Shown: positions 28,391-37,378 of the stretch, piece by piece
Numbering within the stretch: the stretch's first letter is position 1
Layout of the letters: every line of letters starts with the position of its first letter
Assembly: GCA_016839445.1 (NCBI GenBank)
Contig: JAEOUG010000049.1
Location: 1 to 42,278, forward strand
Length of the DNA stretch: 42,278 bases
Reading direction: 5' to 3'
Origin: Candidatus Thorarchaeota archaeon
GTDB taxonomy: Archaea > Asgardarchaeota > Thorarchaeia > Thorarchaeales > Thorarchaeaceae
Translations under genes and position numbers: made by a program
Notes under the pieces: generated by a model
The model's input: the letters and a program-made list of their open reading frames with translations, nothing else
What the model was told of the DNA's origin: nothing
Databases searched by the model: none

Positions 28391-30192
28391 GCTACTGCAC
28401 CTCCGGTTATTGGAATGGCTTCAAGCATCTTCCGTGTCTCAGGTAGTCCTTCGAATATCAGCCTGTAGTGAGCCGACGTTCGGAGCAGTTCGTCATGTGG
28501 CCCGATGGCGACCAGCTCACCCTTGTCGACGATTATGACGAGATCGGATTCAATCAGGGTTCTGAGCCGTTGGGTCACTGTTATGCTCGTCCTGCTTGAT
28601 GTTGCCTCATCAATCGCCTTTCTCATCAGATACTCCGTCTTGGCGTCGATTGCGCTTGTGGAGTCGTCCAAGAGAAGAATGCTGGGATTGTGCAGAAGAG
28701 CCCGTGCGATAGCAAGGCGCTGTCTCTGGCCGCCGCTTAGAGTCATGCCTCTCTCGCCAACAAGAGTGTTGTAGCCAGCAGGCATCTCCATGATGAACTC
28801 ATCAGCCTGTGCTCTCTTCGCCGCCTCTTGAACAGACTCATCAGAAGCCTCCTCGCAGCCATATGCGATGTTCTCCCTGACGGACTTCTTGAACAGGAAG
28901 ATATCTTGCTCGACCAGACCTACAGCTTCTCGTATTCTTGAAGCAGGAACGTGCCGCAGGTCAGTCCCCCCAATCGTGATACGTCCCACGGTGGGGTCAT
29001 AGAGCCGCAGAAGTAGCTTCAGCACAGTGGTCTTCCCACCACCTGGTCCACCAATCAGGGCAACTCGTGAGCCCCCTGGAATCACAAAGCTGACGTTCTT
29101 CAGGGAGTACTTGGCGGAATCACTGCCGTTTGGGTAGCGAAAGCTGACGTCATCGAACACGATGTCACCGGTCCAATCGACGGCTCTGTCTTCTGGAGCA
29201 TCCACGAGTGGGTCGGTCCAGTTCAGTAGGTCGATTATCCGTTGAGCGTTCACCAAGGAGCCACGAATGAGCAGTAGGTTGCGAGGCAGCATGAAGTTCT
29301 GAGCATCAGCCGCCAGAAGCAAAGAGAGTATCTGTACCAGTGCACCGACAGAGATGAAACCTGCACTAACGAGACTTGCTCCATTCAGGAAGGCTACAGT
29401 CGTGACAAGGATGAGGATTAGCTGAGGGTAGAAGAATGCTGCCAGACGGCCCTCTCGTTCGACGGAATCCGCATAGCTTCGGCTTACCGAGCTGAACTTC
29501 TCCTTCTCGCGACTCTCAGACCCAAAGGCTCGTACTACTTCGATTCCGCGAAAGACCTCTTGTGAAACAGACGTGAGTCGCTCCATTCGCTCAGCACGAG
29601 CCCTTCTCACAGGTTCCACCACACTCGCATACCGGTATGAGAAGTACAGGTAGAATGGAAGCCCCCCCAACATGATGAGCCCAATAATCTGGCTCATGCT
29701 CCACAGTATTACCGTCGTGATTCCGTAGGTTGCCAGGGACCCCACTGTCATCCTCAGTCCCGGGTTCAGGGAGATCCGGATCCAGGTCAGATCCTGCATT
29801 GACACAGAGAGGAGCCTCTTGCTGTCCACTTGGTCATGAAAGGCCATACTGTGATCCTGCAGAGACTCGAACAGCTCCTGTCTGGCATCGCGCTCCCAGC
29901 CCGATATGACAGCTGCCCAGGCAGCTCCCGCCACGAAGTTAGATGCGAGAAAGGCGAATCCAAGCAGGATTATGAACCATACTTGGGCGACAAACTCAGA
30001 CCCCACACCTTGAGTCCGTAGGACATCCACAGCCTGGCCTATGACAATGAATGGCCAAGCTGTCAGCAGAGCTGATACGAGAGTGAGAATGAAAGCTCCC
30101 ACAGTCAAGAATGGATGCTTCCTCATCCCAGAGGCCACGTAACCAGTCGCTGTCTTATACACTCTTCTTCCTTCTATCGCCATGTTGCTCAT
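28387..30192 (-). CDS. ABC exporter subunit (TMD+NBD), degenerate half
   Basis: GGPGGGKT, LSGGQ, LLLDDSTS (E to D), TQRL (H to Q); 4-nt ATGA overlap with its partner; start reassigned to MSNMAIEG. Confidence 0.92.
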   Translation of the reverse strand: MSNMAIEGRRVYKTATGYVASGMRKHPFLTVGAFILTLVSALLTAWPFIVIGQAVDVLRTQGVGSEFVAQVWFIILLGFAFLASNFVAGAAWAAVISGWERDARQELFESLQDHSMAFHDQVDSKRLLSVSMQDLTWIRISLNPGLRMTVGSLATYGITTVILWSMSQIIGLIMLGGLPFYLYFSYRYASVVEPVRRARAERMERLTSVSQEVFRGIEVVRAFGSESREKEKFSSVSRSYADSVEREGRLAAFFYPQLILILVTTVAFLNGASLVSAGFISVGALVQILSLLLAADAQNFMLPRNLLLIRGSLVNAQRIIDLLNWTDPLVDAPEDRAVDWTGDIVFDDVSFRYPNGSDSAKYSLKNVSFVIPGGSRVALIGGPGGGKTTVLKLLLRLYDPTVGRITIGGTDLRHVPASRIREAVGLVEQDIFLFKKSVRENIAYGCEEASDESVQEAAKRAQADEFIMEMPAGYNTLVGERGMTLSGGQRQRLAIARALLHNPSILLLDDSTSAIDAKTEYLMRKAIDEATSSRTSITVTQRLRTLIESDLVIIVDKGELVAIGPHDELLRTSAHYRLIFEGLPETRKMLEAIPITGGAVA

Positions 30193-30224
30193 CTCAAAAG
30201 CAGGTTTCCAAATCGCCTTTGAAT

Positions 30225-30255
30225 TCACAATAGTTAATATATATAACCTTTGTGA
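30225..30255 (-). promoter_or_regulatory. TATA box inside an inverted repeat (candidate operator) upstream of the ABC operon
   Basis: tcacaa-ta-gtta-atatata-taac-ct-ttgtga. Confidence 0.55.
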
Positions 30256-30320
30256 CTCGACATTAGCGAAGATGGAAGACAGATGAGATACCCCAAAGGG
30301 ACACGTTCGCCGTTGGTCCA

Positions 30321-32384
30321 CTACGCAGCCTTGCTTCCGGGCGGCACGCCATCCAGTCGGACGGGCACCCATTCTCCCGGATTGCCGGCCTTCTCTACGG
30401 CCAGAATCATGCCGTTGCTTTCGATGCCGCCGACCTTCTTGGGCTCAAGATTGACGAGGAAGAGAGCCGTCAGGCCCTGTAGCTCCTCTGGCTTGTATAG
30501 ATGTCCAAGGCCGGTGGCCATGGTCCGCTTCTCACTGCCGATGTCAACTTCAATCTTGAGTAGCCGGTCCTTGCCTTCGACCTTCTCGCACTTCAGAATC
30601 TTTCCTGCTCTGAGATCAATCTTCTGGAAGTCCTCGTATGAAATTGTTTCCTTTATCGGGGTCATCTTCGGTTTCGGGCCTCCTTTCTGCCTGGCCTCAG
30701 CGGCCAATACTCTCTCTTTAATGATACGTCTTAGCTCCACGAGCTGTTCGTCTTCAATCTTGGAGATGACGGGCTTTGGTTTCTTGAGCTTCGTCCCTGC
30801 CTTTGGGGGACTCAAAGCGTCCTCGAAGTGCACATCATGGACCGTCTTCGCTTCGAACCCAAGCTGCCCCCAGACCTTCTCGGCAACGCCTGGCATGAAC
30901 GGCTCAATCAGGACTGCCAAGGCCTTTGAGAGAGCCAGAGCGTTGAAGATCACCTGCCCTGCCTTCTTCTTGTCAGTCTTGACGAGGCTCCAAGGCTGGT
31001 TCGACTGGAAGTAGTTGTTGCCCACAGAAGCCAGTCTCATCACTTCATCAGCGACCTTCTTCAGCTCGTACTCATTGACTCCCTCGGCAATCGTCTTCAG
31101 GGAGGCCTCTATCTCCTTCTTGAGCTCAGGGTCCAGCTTGCCCTCAGGGATTTCTCCGTAGTTCTTGTGGGCGAAGTGGAGACCTCTGTAGATGAAGTTG
31201 CCAAGTGTGCCGACAAGCTCGATGTTGACCTTGTCCGCGAAGGCATCCCAGCTGAAGTCAAGATCCTTCGTCTGGGAGGTATAGGAGACCATGTAGTAGC
31301 GAAGGTAGTCAGGGTCCAGCCCTCTATCGAGGTAGTCCTTGAGAATCCACACCACATAGCCTCTGCCTCTGCTGAAGTTGTGCCCCTCCACCTTGAGCAT
31401 CCCTGAGGCGACAATGGCAAAGGGGAGGTTGTAGCCGCTGCCCTTCAGCATGGCAGGCCAGAAGATACAGTGGTGCTGTACAATGTCCAGACCGATGAAG
31501 TGCACAAGCCTTCCATCACCGGGCTTCCAGTACTTCTCCCACTCATTCCGCTTCCCGATCCGCTTCGCCCACTGCTCAGTGCTGCTCATGTAACCGATGG
31601 GAGCATCTACCCAGACGTATAGGACCAAGGATTCATCAACAGGGAACCTCACTCCCCAGTCGAGGTCTCTCGTGATGCACCAGTCGCGGAGACCCTCCTT
31701 CACCCAGCCCAGGGCGAAGTTCTTGGCGTTCTTGGTGCCGTCAACCTCATTGAGGAACTTCTCTACGAAGCTCTCAAAGGCGCTGAGCTTGAGGAAGTAG
31801 TGAGTCCTTGTTATCGGGCGGGTTGGGTTTCCACAGACGGCACATCTAGGATCGAGGATGAGACCAGGTTCTATGTATCTACCACATCCTTGGTCACATT
31901 CGTCTCCTCGGGCATCAGCGCCGCAGTAGGGACACGTGCCTCGCACAAACCGATCAGGCTGTGAACGGCCACATGTATCACAGAAGGGGGTTTCAATCTC
32001 CTTCGGGTAGATGTGTCCATTGTCCAAGAGGGTGGTAACAATCTGGGTCGTCCGTTCGATGTTTTCCTTGTCGTCAGTAGTTCCGTAGTTGTCGAAGAAG
32101 ATGTTCAGCTTGGGAAAGGTGTCCTTGAGGATCTTGTGATACTTCTGATATGTCTCCTTTGGAGTGAGGCCCTCAGCCTCAGCTGCAACGAGGACCGGAG
32201 TTCCGTGTGTGTCAGACCCACACACGAAGGTGGCATCAACTCCCATCTTCTTGAGGAGTCTGACGAACACATCGGCGGGGACATAGGTCCTAAGGTGCCC
32301 TATGTGCATCGGCCCGCTGGCATAGGGAAGTCCACATGTCACGAGCACAGGATCTTTGGTGGGGTAATTACTCAGTTCTGCCAC
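30321..32384 (-). CDS. metG: Methionyl-tRNA synthetase with C-terminal tRNA-binding domain
   Basis: LPYA.GPMHIGH, GSDTHG, Zn knuckles, WCITRD..WG, YVWVDAPIGY, Trbp111-like tail (ESNGMILA). Confidence 0.97.
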   Translation of the reverse strand: MAELSNYPTKDPVLVTCGLPYASGPMHIGHLRTYVPADVFVRLLKKMGVDATFVCGSDTHGTPVLVAAEAEGLTPKETYQKYHKILKDTFPKLNIFFDNYGTTDDKENIERTTQIVTTLLDNGHIYPKEIETPFCDTCGRSQPDRFVRGTCPYCGADARGDECDQGCGRYIEPGLILDPRCAVCGNPTRPITRTHYFLKLSAFESFVEKFLNEVDGTKNAKNFALGWVKEGLRDWCITRDLDWGVRFPVDESLVLYVWVDAPIGYMSSTEQWAKRIGKRNEWEKYWKPGDGRLVHFIGLDIVQHHCIFWPAMLKGSGYNLPFAIVASGMLKVEGHNFSRGRGYVVWILKDYLDRGLDPDYLRYYMVSYTSQTKDLDFSWDAFADKVNIELVGTLGNFIYRGLHFAHKNYGEIPEGKLDPELKKEIEASLKTIAEGVNEYELKKVADEVMRLASVGNNYFQSNQPWSLVKTDKKKAGQVIFNALALSKALAVLIEPFMPGVAEKVWGQLGFEAKTVHDVHFEDALSPPKAGTKLKKPKPVISKIEDEQLVELRRIIKERVLAAEARQKGGPKPKMTPIKETISYEDFQKIDLRAGKILKCEKVEGKDRLLKIEVDIGSEKRTMATGLGHLYKPEELQGLTALFLVNLEPKKVGGIESNGMILAVEKAGNPGEWVPVRLDGVPPGSKAA

Positions 32385-32576
32385 ACTCCTTTCGACTGTT
32401 TGTCTGACCTACTCACGTGTGCAGGGATGACACAGGATAAACGGCGAGATTCCACTCTTGATAGCTCTCTCGCTTCAGCGACCCTTGATAACTGGATTGC
32501 AGTATACCTTTCTGTGAGTTCTGTTCCCGCCTTGAGTAAGTAGGTTGGAGCAAGTGGCCTCTGTATTGATTTAACT

Positions 32577-34091
32577 CTAACGATTTCTCGTCCTTTGCCT
32601 GCTTCGCGCAGGGACTAGGCCCTCTCTCGCCCAGCTCTCTCGGATTTCAGTCGCTCGCACGTGGAGGTACTCAAGGGCGGGATAGTCTGTCGCTTCAATA
32701 ACAGACTCAATGAGCCGCTCACTCTCTTCGTGGCGCCCCTGCTTCATTCTGAGCTCAGCCTTCAGCATGAGAACATTCGCCTCATGGCCAGGGAGGTCCT
32801 TGTTTGCGATGCTCTCCTCGTAGAGTTGCATGAAGGGTCCTGCATGCTCGTCGAGCTGGTTCTCCCTTGTCGGATTGAATTGGTCCACCTCAAGTCGCGC
32901 CATGTCGAACAGACAGCTTCTGAAGCGAACCATCCTCGTGGATCTTTCGTGGATGTCCAGAGCCCTCTTGTAGCTCTCCATGGCCGACTCGAGATCACCC
33001 CTCTGCTGCTCAAGCCTACCATACATCTGATGCCATTGGCCCAGCGCGGGCTCGAGACCCTGCTGCAGGACAAGTTCTTTTGAGCTGTCCAGCCACTTCT
33101 GGGCGTTGTCAACATCATCGAGAGCCATGAAAGCGACAGCCATCGCCATGTGCGTATGTGGCCCGTTCCTCTGTTTGACCGCATGCTTCGCCCACTCCAG
33201 AGCACTCTTGCCATCGCCAGTAAGAGATAGGAAGTGTGCAAGATTCAGGGCATTGTTTGCGTTCACCCTACCTAGCTGGGCGCCAATCTCTGCTGCCTCC
33301 ATTGCGCATTTCAGGGCCTCGTTAATCTCCCAACGGAAGACCGAGTAGACCGACATATTCAGCAGAATCGAGAGAGTCCCTGAGGGATCTCCTATTGAGT
33401 CACAGATACTTCTAGCCTCACCTAGAAGCTCCCTCGCTCTGTTGAAGTGCCCTGCGTCGGTCTTATACTGACCCTCTATTTCAGCAGTGAGAGTCAGTAG
33501 ACTCGCTTGATGCCATAGGTCGTTGGACTCTCGTGCCAGCTCCAGAGCACGATAGTGATACTCAAGAGCATCTTCAGGTCTCCCCTCCACTCTCACTCTG
33601 TATCCCGTGTAGCCAAGGAAGTCTGCCTCATGCATTCTCAGTTCGGGATGTTCATGCAAGAGGGCTCTAATCCGATCCTGTGCCTGAGTCTCCTCAGGAC
33701 TTCCATTTTCAGACGCCCTGTACAATCTCATCAACATGTAGAAAGAGGCCAGAGGATTCTGGAAGTGCTCAATCGCAGCTTCGACAATCTGTGGGCCCCC
33801 TCTTGACAAGTCGCCATCAGGATAGACGAAGGGCATCGGAAGCGGCAGCTCCGGGTGGCAGTCGTAGACCCGCTCTGCAGCCTCACTATTATCTAGCCTC
33901 GACACATGATACATGGCCAGAAACACAAGCATTGGGGCGCAATCAGCCTGTGATGCCCTTCTCGCCACGAGTTCTCCAAAGTCCCAGTAATCAGAAGCGG
34001 CATCCATGAGGGCCTCTAGTTCTCTACGTACATCTTCTTCGAGGAACGAGAAGTCCTTTGAAATGGATCCTAGCGCTTTCATCGCAGCCAC
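32577..34091 (-). CDS. Tetratricopeptide-repeat protein, copy A
   Basis: TPR helices (G.PEDALEYHYRALEL, GDLESAMESYKRALDI); ATG 34082 is a likely start. Confidence 0.88.
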   Translation of the reverse strand: MAAMKALGSISKDFSFLEEDVRRELEALMDAASDYWDFGELVARRASQADCAPMLVFLAMYHVSRLDNSEAAERVYDCHPELPLPMPFVYPDGDLSRGGPQIVEAAIEHFQNPLASFYMLMRLYRASENGSPEETQAQDRIRALLHEHPELRMHEADFLGYTGYRVRVEGRPEDALEYHYRALELARESNDLWHQASLLTLTAEIEGQYKTDAGHFNRARELLGEARSICDSIGDPSGTLSILLNMSVYSVFRWEINEALKCAMEAAEIGAQLGRVNANNALNLAHFLSLTGDGKSALEWAKHAVKQRNGPHTHMAMAVAFMALDDVDNAQKWLDSSKELVLQQGLEPALGQWHQMYGRLEQQRGDLESAMESYKRALDIHERSTRMVRFRSCLFDMARLEVDQFNPTRENQLDEHAGPFMQLYEESIANKDLPGHEANVLMLKAELRMKQGRHEESERLIESVIEATDYPALEYLHVRATEIRESWAREGLVPARSRQRTRNR

Positions 34092-34118
34092 CTGTTACCA
34101 GGTAGTACCTCCCATCGC

Positions 34119-35633
34119 TCATCTCCGTGTCGACGTTCGGCTTCTTCGAACGGGCACGATGCCCTCTCTGACCCACTTTTCCCTTGTTTCGGCGGCCTTT
34201 GAGTGAATCCACTCCATAGCTGGACAGTCAGTAAGCTCAAGAACTGATTCAATCAGCTCATGGCTCTCCTCAGGCCGTCCCTGCTTCATCCTGAGCTCCG
34301 CCTTCAGCAACAGAAGATTCGCTTCGTGCCCTGGGAGGTCTTCCTCCCAAACACTATCCTCATACCGCTTCATATAAGGGCCTGCATGCTCGTCTAGCCG
34401 ATTCTCTTTCGTGGGATTGAACATCTTGACCTCAAGTCTGGCCATTTGGTGAAGAGCGTCCCTAACACGAAGCATCCTGGTGCCGCGCTCATGTATCTCA
34501 AGACCCTTCTCGTAGCTCTCCATTGCCGACTCGAAGTCTCCCTTCAGCTCCTCGAGTTTTCCAGAGCATGTGTGCCACCGACCAAGTGCATACTCTAGAC
34601 CTTGCTGCAATACGCGCTCCTTTGCACTTTCCATCCACTTCTCTGCACTCGCAAGGTCATCAAGATTCATGTAGACGCTGGCCAGATTCATGTGTTCGTA
34701 TGGCCCATCACGAATGTCGACTGCTTGCCTTGCCCATTCCAGGCTGGTTGCGAAGTCGCCTATGGCCCCGTATGCTGCGGATAGGTTCAGGGCGGTTTCT
34801 GCGGTGAACGAGCCCAGCTCAGCGAAGATCCTGGCTGATTCCATCTGACACCTCGCAAACTCACTTCCCTCGCCTCTGAAGGATGAGTATACCGATAGGG
34901 TGCTCCAAACGTTGGCCAGACCTGCTCGGTCGCCGATTGACTCAGCAATCTCCTTTGCCTCACCGAGATGTCGTTTTGCCCTCTCGAAATGCCCAGCATC
35001 AGTCTTGTATTGGCCCTCTATCTCTGCAGTGAGCGTAAGAAGACTCACCTGGTGCCACCTATCATCCGACTCTCTAGCTAACTCAAGAGCCCGATGGTGG
35101 AACTCAAGAGCCTCATCGGGCCGGCCTTCTACTCTCACTCTATAGCCCGTGTGACCAAGGAAGTCTGCACCGTGCAGCCTGAATTCAGGGTTCTCAGATA
35201 GAAAGGCCTTGATGCGCTCCTGTGCCTGAGTCTCTTCGGGGCTCCCGAAGTCACTTGCTCTATAGAGTCTCATCAGCATGTAGAAGGTTGCCAAGGGTCT
35301 CTGGAAGTGCTCAATCGCCCCCTCGACAATCTCAGGACCGCCGCGCGATAGGTCCGAAGCGGGATAGACAAAGGGCATGGGGAGAGGAAGCTCGGGATGC
35401 GCATCGTAGACCCTCTCAGCAGCCTGCTCATTCTTGAGCCTCGAAACATGGTACAGGGCAAGAAACACGAGCATCAGGGAGCAGTCAGCTTTTGATGCCC
35501 TCCTCGCCACGAGTTCTCCGAAGTTCCAGTAGTCCGACGCGGCATCCATGGTAACCTCTAGTTCTCTGCGAACGTCCTCTTCGAGGAACGGGAAGTCCTT
35601 TGCTATGGATCCTAGCTCTTTCATCGCAATCAC
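34119..35633 (-). CDS. Tetratricopeptide-repeat protein, copy B (tandem paralog)
   Basis: Same 504-aa length and colinear with copy A; GGTGA Shine-Dalgarno before ATG 35624. Confidence 0.88.
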   Translation of the reverse strand: MIAMKELGSIAKDFPFLEEDVRRELEVTMDAASDYWNFGELVARRASKADCSLMLVFLALYHVSRLKNEQAAERVYDAHPELPLPMPFVYPASDLSRGGPEIVEGAIEHFQRPLATFYMLMRLYRASDFGSPEETQAQERIKAFLSENPEFRLHGADFLGHTGYRVRVEGRPDEALEFHHRALELARESDDRWHQVSLLTLTAEIEGQYKTDAGHFERAKRHLGEAKEIAESIGDRAGLANVWSTLSVYSSFRGEGSEFARCQMESARIFAELGSFTAETALNLSAAYGAIGDFATSLEWARQAVDIRDGPYEHMNLASVYMNLDDLASAEKWMESAKERVLQQGLEYALGRWHTCSGKLEELKGDFESAMESYEKGLEIHERGTRMLRVRDALHQMARLEVKMFNPTKENRLDEHAGPYMKRYEDSVWEEDLPGHEANLLLLKAELRMKQGRPEESHELIESVLELTDCPAMEWIHSKAAETREKWVREGIVPVRRSRTSTRR

Positions 35634-35775
35634 CAGTTATTCGTTCTGTTGTCTTCTGATGCACGTTCAAGTGGCCTTGAGCAAACCCACCTCCGAGGAG
35701 TATCACTACGGCCAAGCCGATTTCGATTGGCTTCGCACCTTATATCTCTTACAAATCGTCAAATCAGCGCCAGAG

Positions 35776-35826
35776 AAAAACAGGTTGGCTGGGGCGTTCC
35801 GCTCCTACAACAGAAGTGCCCCAGCC
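35776..35826 (-). terminator. Stem-loop plus T-tract downstream of the beta-helix gene
   Basis: Perfect 9-bp stem ggctggggc/gccccagcc, then aacctgtttttct on the minus strand. Confidence 0.55.
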
Positions 35827-35861
35827 GTTTGTGTTGTCCGATCTCGTCCTACTCGCTCGAA

Positions 35862-37220
35862 CTACGTGAGGAGGAGCAGCCAGTTGTCTGTGCCCTCGTC
35901 GAGGACTGTGTTGCCGTCACCTCTCTGGAGAACCCACCAGCCAGATGTTCCAGAGCCCAGCCAGATTGCGGCAACATCCGCTTCTAAGTCAGAAACGTCA
36001 TTCAAGACTAGTGTCCATCCAGTTGCCAGGTCTCCCATGATGCCCGCCAGAATACCTGCCTCTCCACTTCCACTGATGGTATTGCGGACTAGCCACACAT
36101 CTTGGGCACCGTTGCCGACGATGCCCCATGAGAAAGCGCCGTCCAGAACAATGTCATTGTGGTAGGCAAAGACAGACACTCCCTCAACCTCTCCCGGCAC
36201 GGCAAGGAAGTCGTCAATCCAGATCCCATTTCCGTAGGCAGGCACTTCGATATGATTGTGATGGATATATGCCCGACCCGGTTCTATGCTGGAACCGGAC
36301 CATCCATTGGCCACATAGACACCGTACCAACCGCCATCTATGATTGAGATGTCGTTGAATGCCACCTCTGCTCGTGAGTTGTAGAGGTCATACATTTCAG
36401 GACCAATATGGACATTCACATACGTGTTTCGCACAATCCGAATGTGCGAATCCACGCTCTGGCCTGGCACAACGCTTGAGCCAAGGCTATTCTCGAAGTA
36501 ACAGTCCTCAATCCGATACTTCCCACTGATCTTCTCATTTGCGAAAGTGTTGGGATTGATTTGTCCCTGAATGAACAGACAATTCTGAATGCTGACGCCG
36601 AAGGGGTCATATTCCTCACCAGCATCTCCCAAGAACTCAAGGTTCTTGGCAGTCACATCGAAGTAGGATATTGTCTCCGGGTCCCATTCATCACCTATTA
36701 CGCCAGTGATATCGATGGTGTTCATTGCCCTGAAGCCACCGTACTCTGGCAGCCACACTTCAGTCGGATACTCCACTTTGATAGTGAAATCTCGAAGCTG
36801 AATCTTGTATGGATGCCGACGAGTGCTTGTTGAGTCCTCATCCTGATAGAACATCAGCATTCGAGGATTTGCGGCGCCAAGGTCGCCCGTGTCTTGTGCA
36901 GGGAAGTTCTCTATGCTGTGCAGAACTGTCAGGCCCTTTCCAACACCCCTGAAAGTCCCATCGAAATTGACTCCTGCAATCGTTTCGCAGATGTAGTAAT
37001 CACCTTCCTCCAGTAATACTGTGCTCCCTCCTCCTGCCGCGATAGCGTCGTCCAGTGCTTGCTGAATATTGGCCGTGTCCGTGACTCCAGACACGTCACC
37101 AGAGGGTGCCACTATGAACAACCCACGATGCGGTCGGGCCATGACCGCCGGACCAGCGAGCAATAGACTTGCCACGATGCAGACTGAGATCGCAGCCAGT
37201 ATTGTTCTTCTTCTCTCCAT
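35862..37220 (-). CDS. Secreted right-handed parallel beta-helix (pectin-lyase-like) protein
   Basis: Signal peptide; 'DTANIQQALD.A...GG.TV.L.EG.Y' start motif; repeated ..N.I. rungs. Confidence 0.82.
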   Translation of the reverse strand: MERRRTILAAISVCIVASLLLAGPAVMARPHRGLFIVAPSGDVSGVTDTANIQQALDDAIAAGGGSTVLLEEGDYYICETIAGVNFDGTFRGVGKGLTVLHSIENFPAQDTGDLGAANPRMLMFYQDEDSTSTRRHPYKIQLRDFTIKVEYPTEVWLPEYGGFRAMNTIDITGVIGDEWDPETISYFDVTAKNLEFLGDAGEEYDPFGVSIQNCLFIQGQINPNTFANEKISGKYRIEDCYFENSLGSSVVPGQSVDSHIRIVRNTYVNVHIGPEMYDLYNSRAEVAFNDISIIDGGWYGVYVANGWSGSSIEPGRAYIHHNHIEVPAYGNGIWIDDFLAVPGEVEGVSVFAYHNDIVLDGAFSWGIVGNGAQDVWLVRNTISGSGEAGILAGIMGDLATGWTLVLNDVSDLEADVAAIWLGSGTSGWWVLQRGDGNTVLDEGTDNWLLLLT

Positions 37221-37291
37221 CTCGTTTCCTCCATTCTCTTTAGGATAATACCTAAAGAATATTACATGTCATGTAATTACCATGATTTAAG
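37221..37291 (-). promoter_or_regulatory. Promoter/operator/5'UTR cassette, copy 1
   Basis: TATA-like cttaaatc, palindrome attacatg-t-catgtaat (37261-37277), 8-bp hairpin, GGAGG Shine-Dalgarno. Confidence 0.75.
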
Positions 37292-37314
37292 GCTTCCGAG
37301 AGTGAGGTTGTTGG

Positions 37315-37356
37315 AAAAAGAGCAATGCATCAGTGCAGTCCGGCTGCACTGACGCA
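37315..37356 (-). terminator. Stem-loop plus T-tract downstream of 37379-38176
   Basis: Minus strand tgcgtcagtgcag-N5-ctgcactgatgca (13 bp, one G:U), then ttgctcttttt. Confidence 0.6.
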
Positions 37357-37378
37357 AATCGGAGTGAAGCTGAGAAGG

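Noticed and set aside
30193-30372. N-terminal extension of the 661-aa ABC ORF
   Set aside because: Overlaps the metG 3' end and crosses a TATA box; the real start is near 30192
30283-31014. 243-aa plus-strand ORF
   Set aside because: Antisense shadow of metG with no recognisable motifs
32385-32576. metG upstream region containing ttatcaag/ctatcaagag, resembling the SAM-I riboswitch 5' end
   Set aside because: The rest of the SAM-I core (GAGGGA..GCCC, GCAACC, GTGC) is missing, and a TATA-like box lies downstream of these motifs, closer to metG
35548-36165. 205-aa plus-strand ORF
   Set aside because: Antisense to two well-supported genes; Ser/Pro/Arg-rich non-coding-like composition
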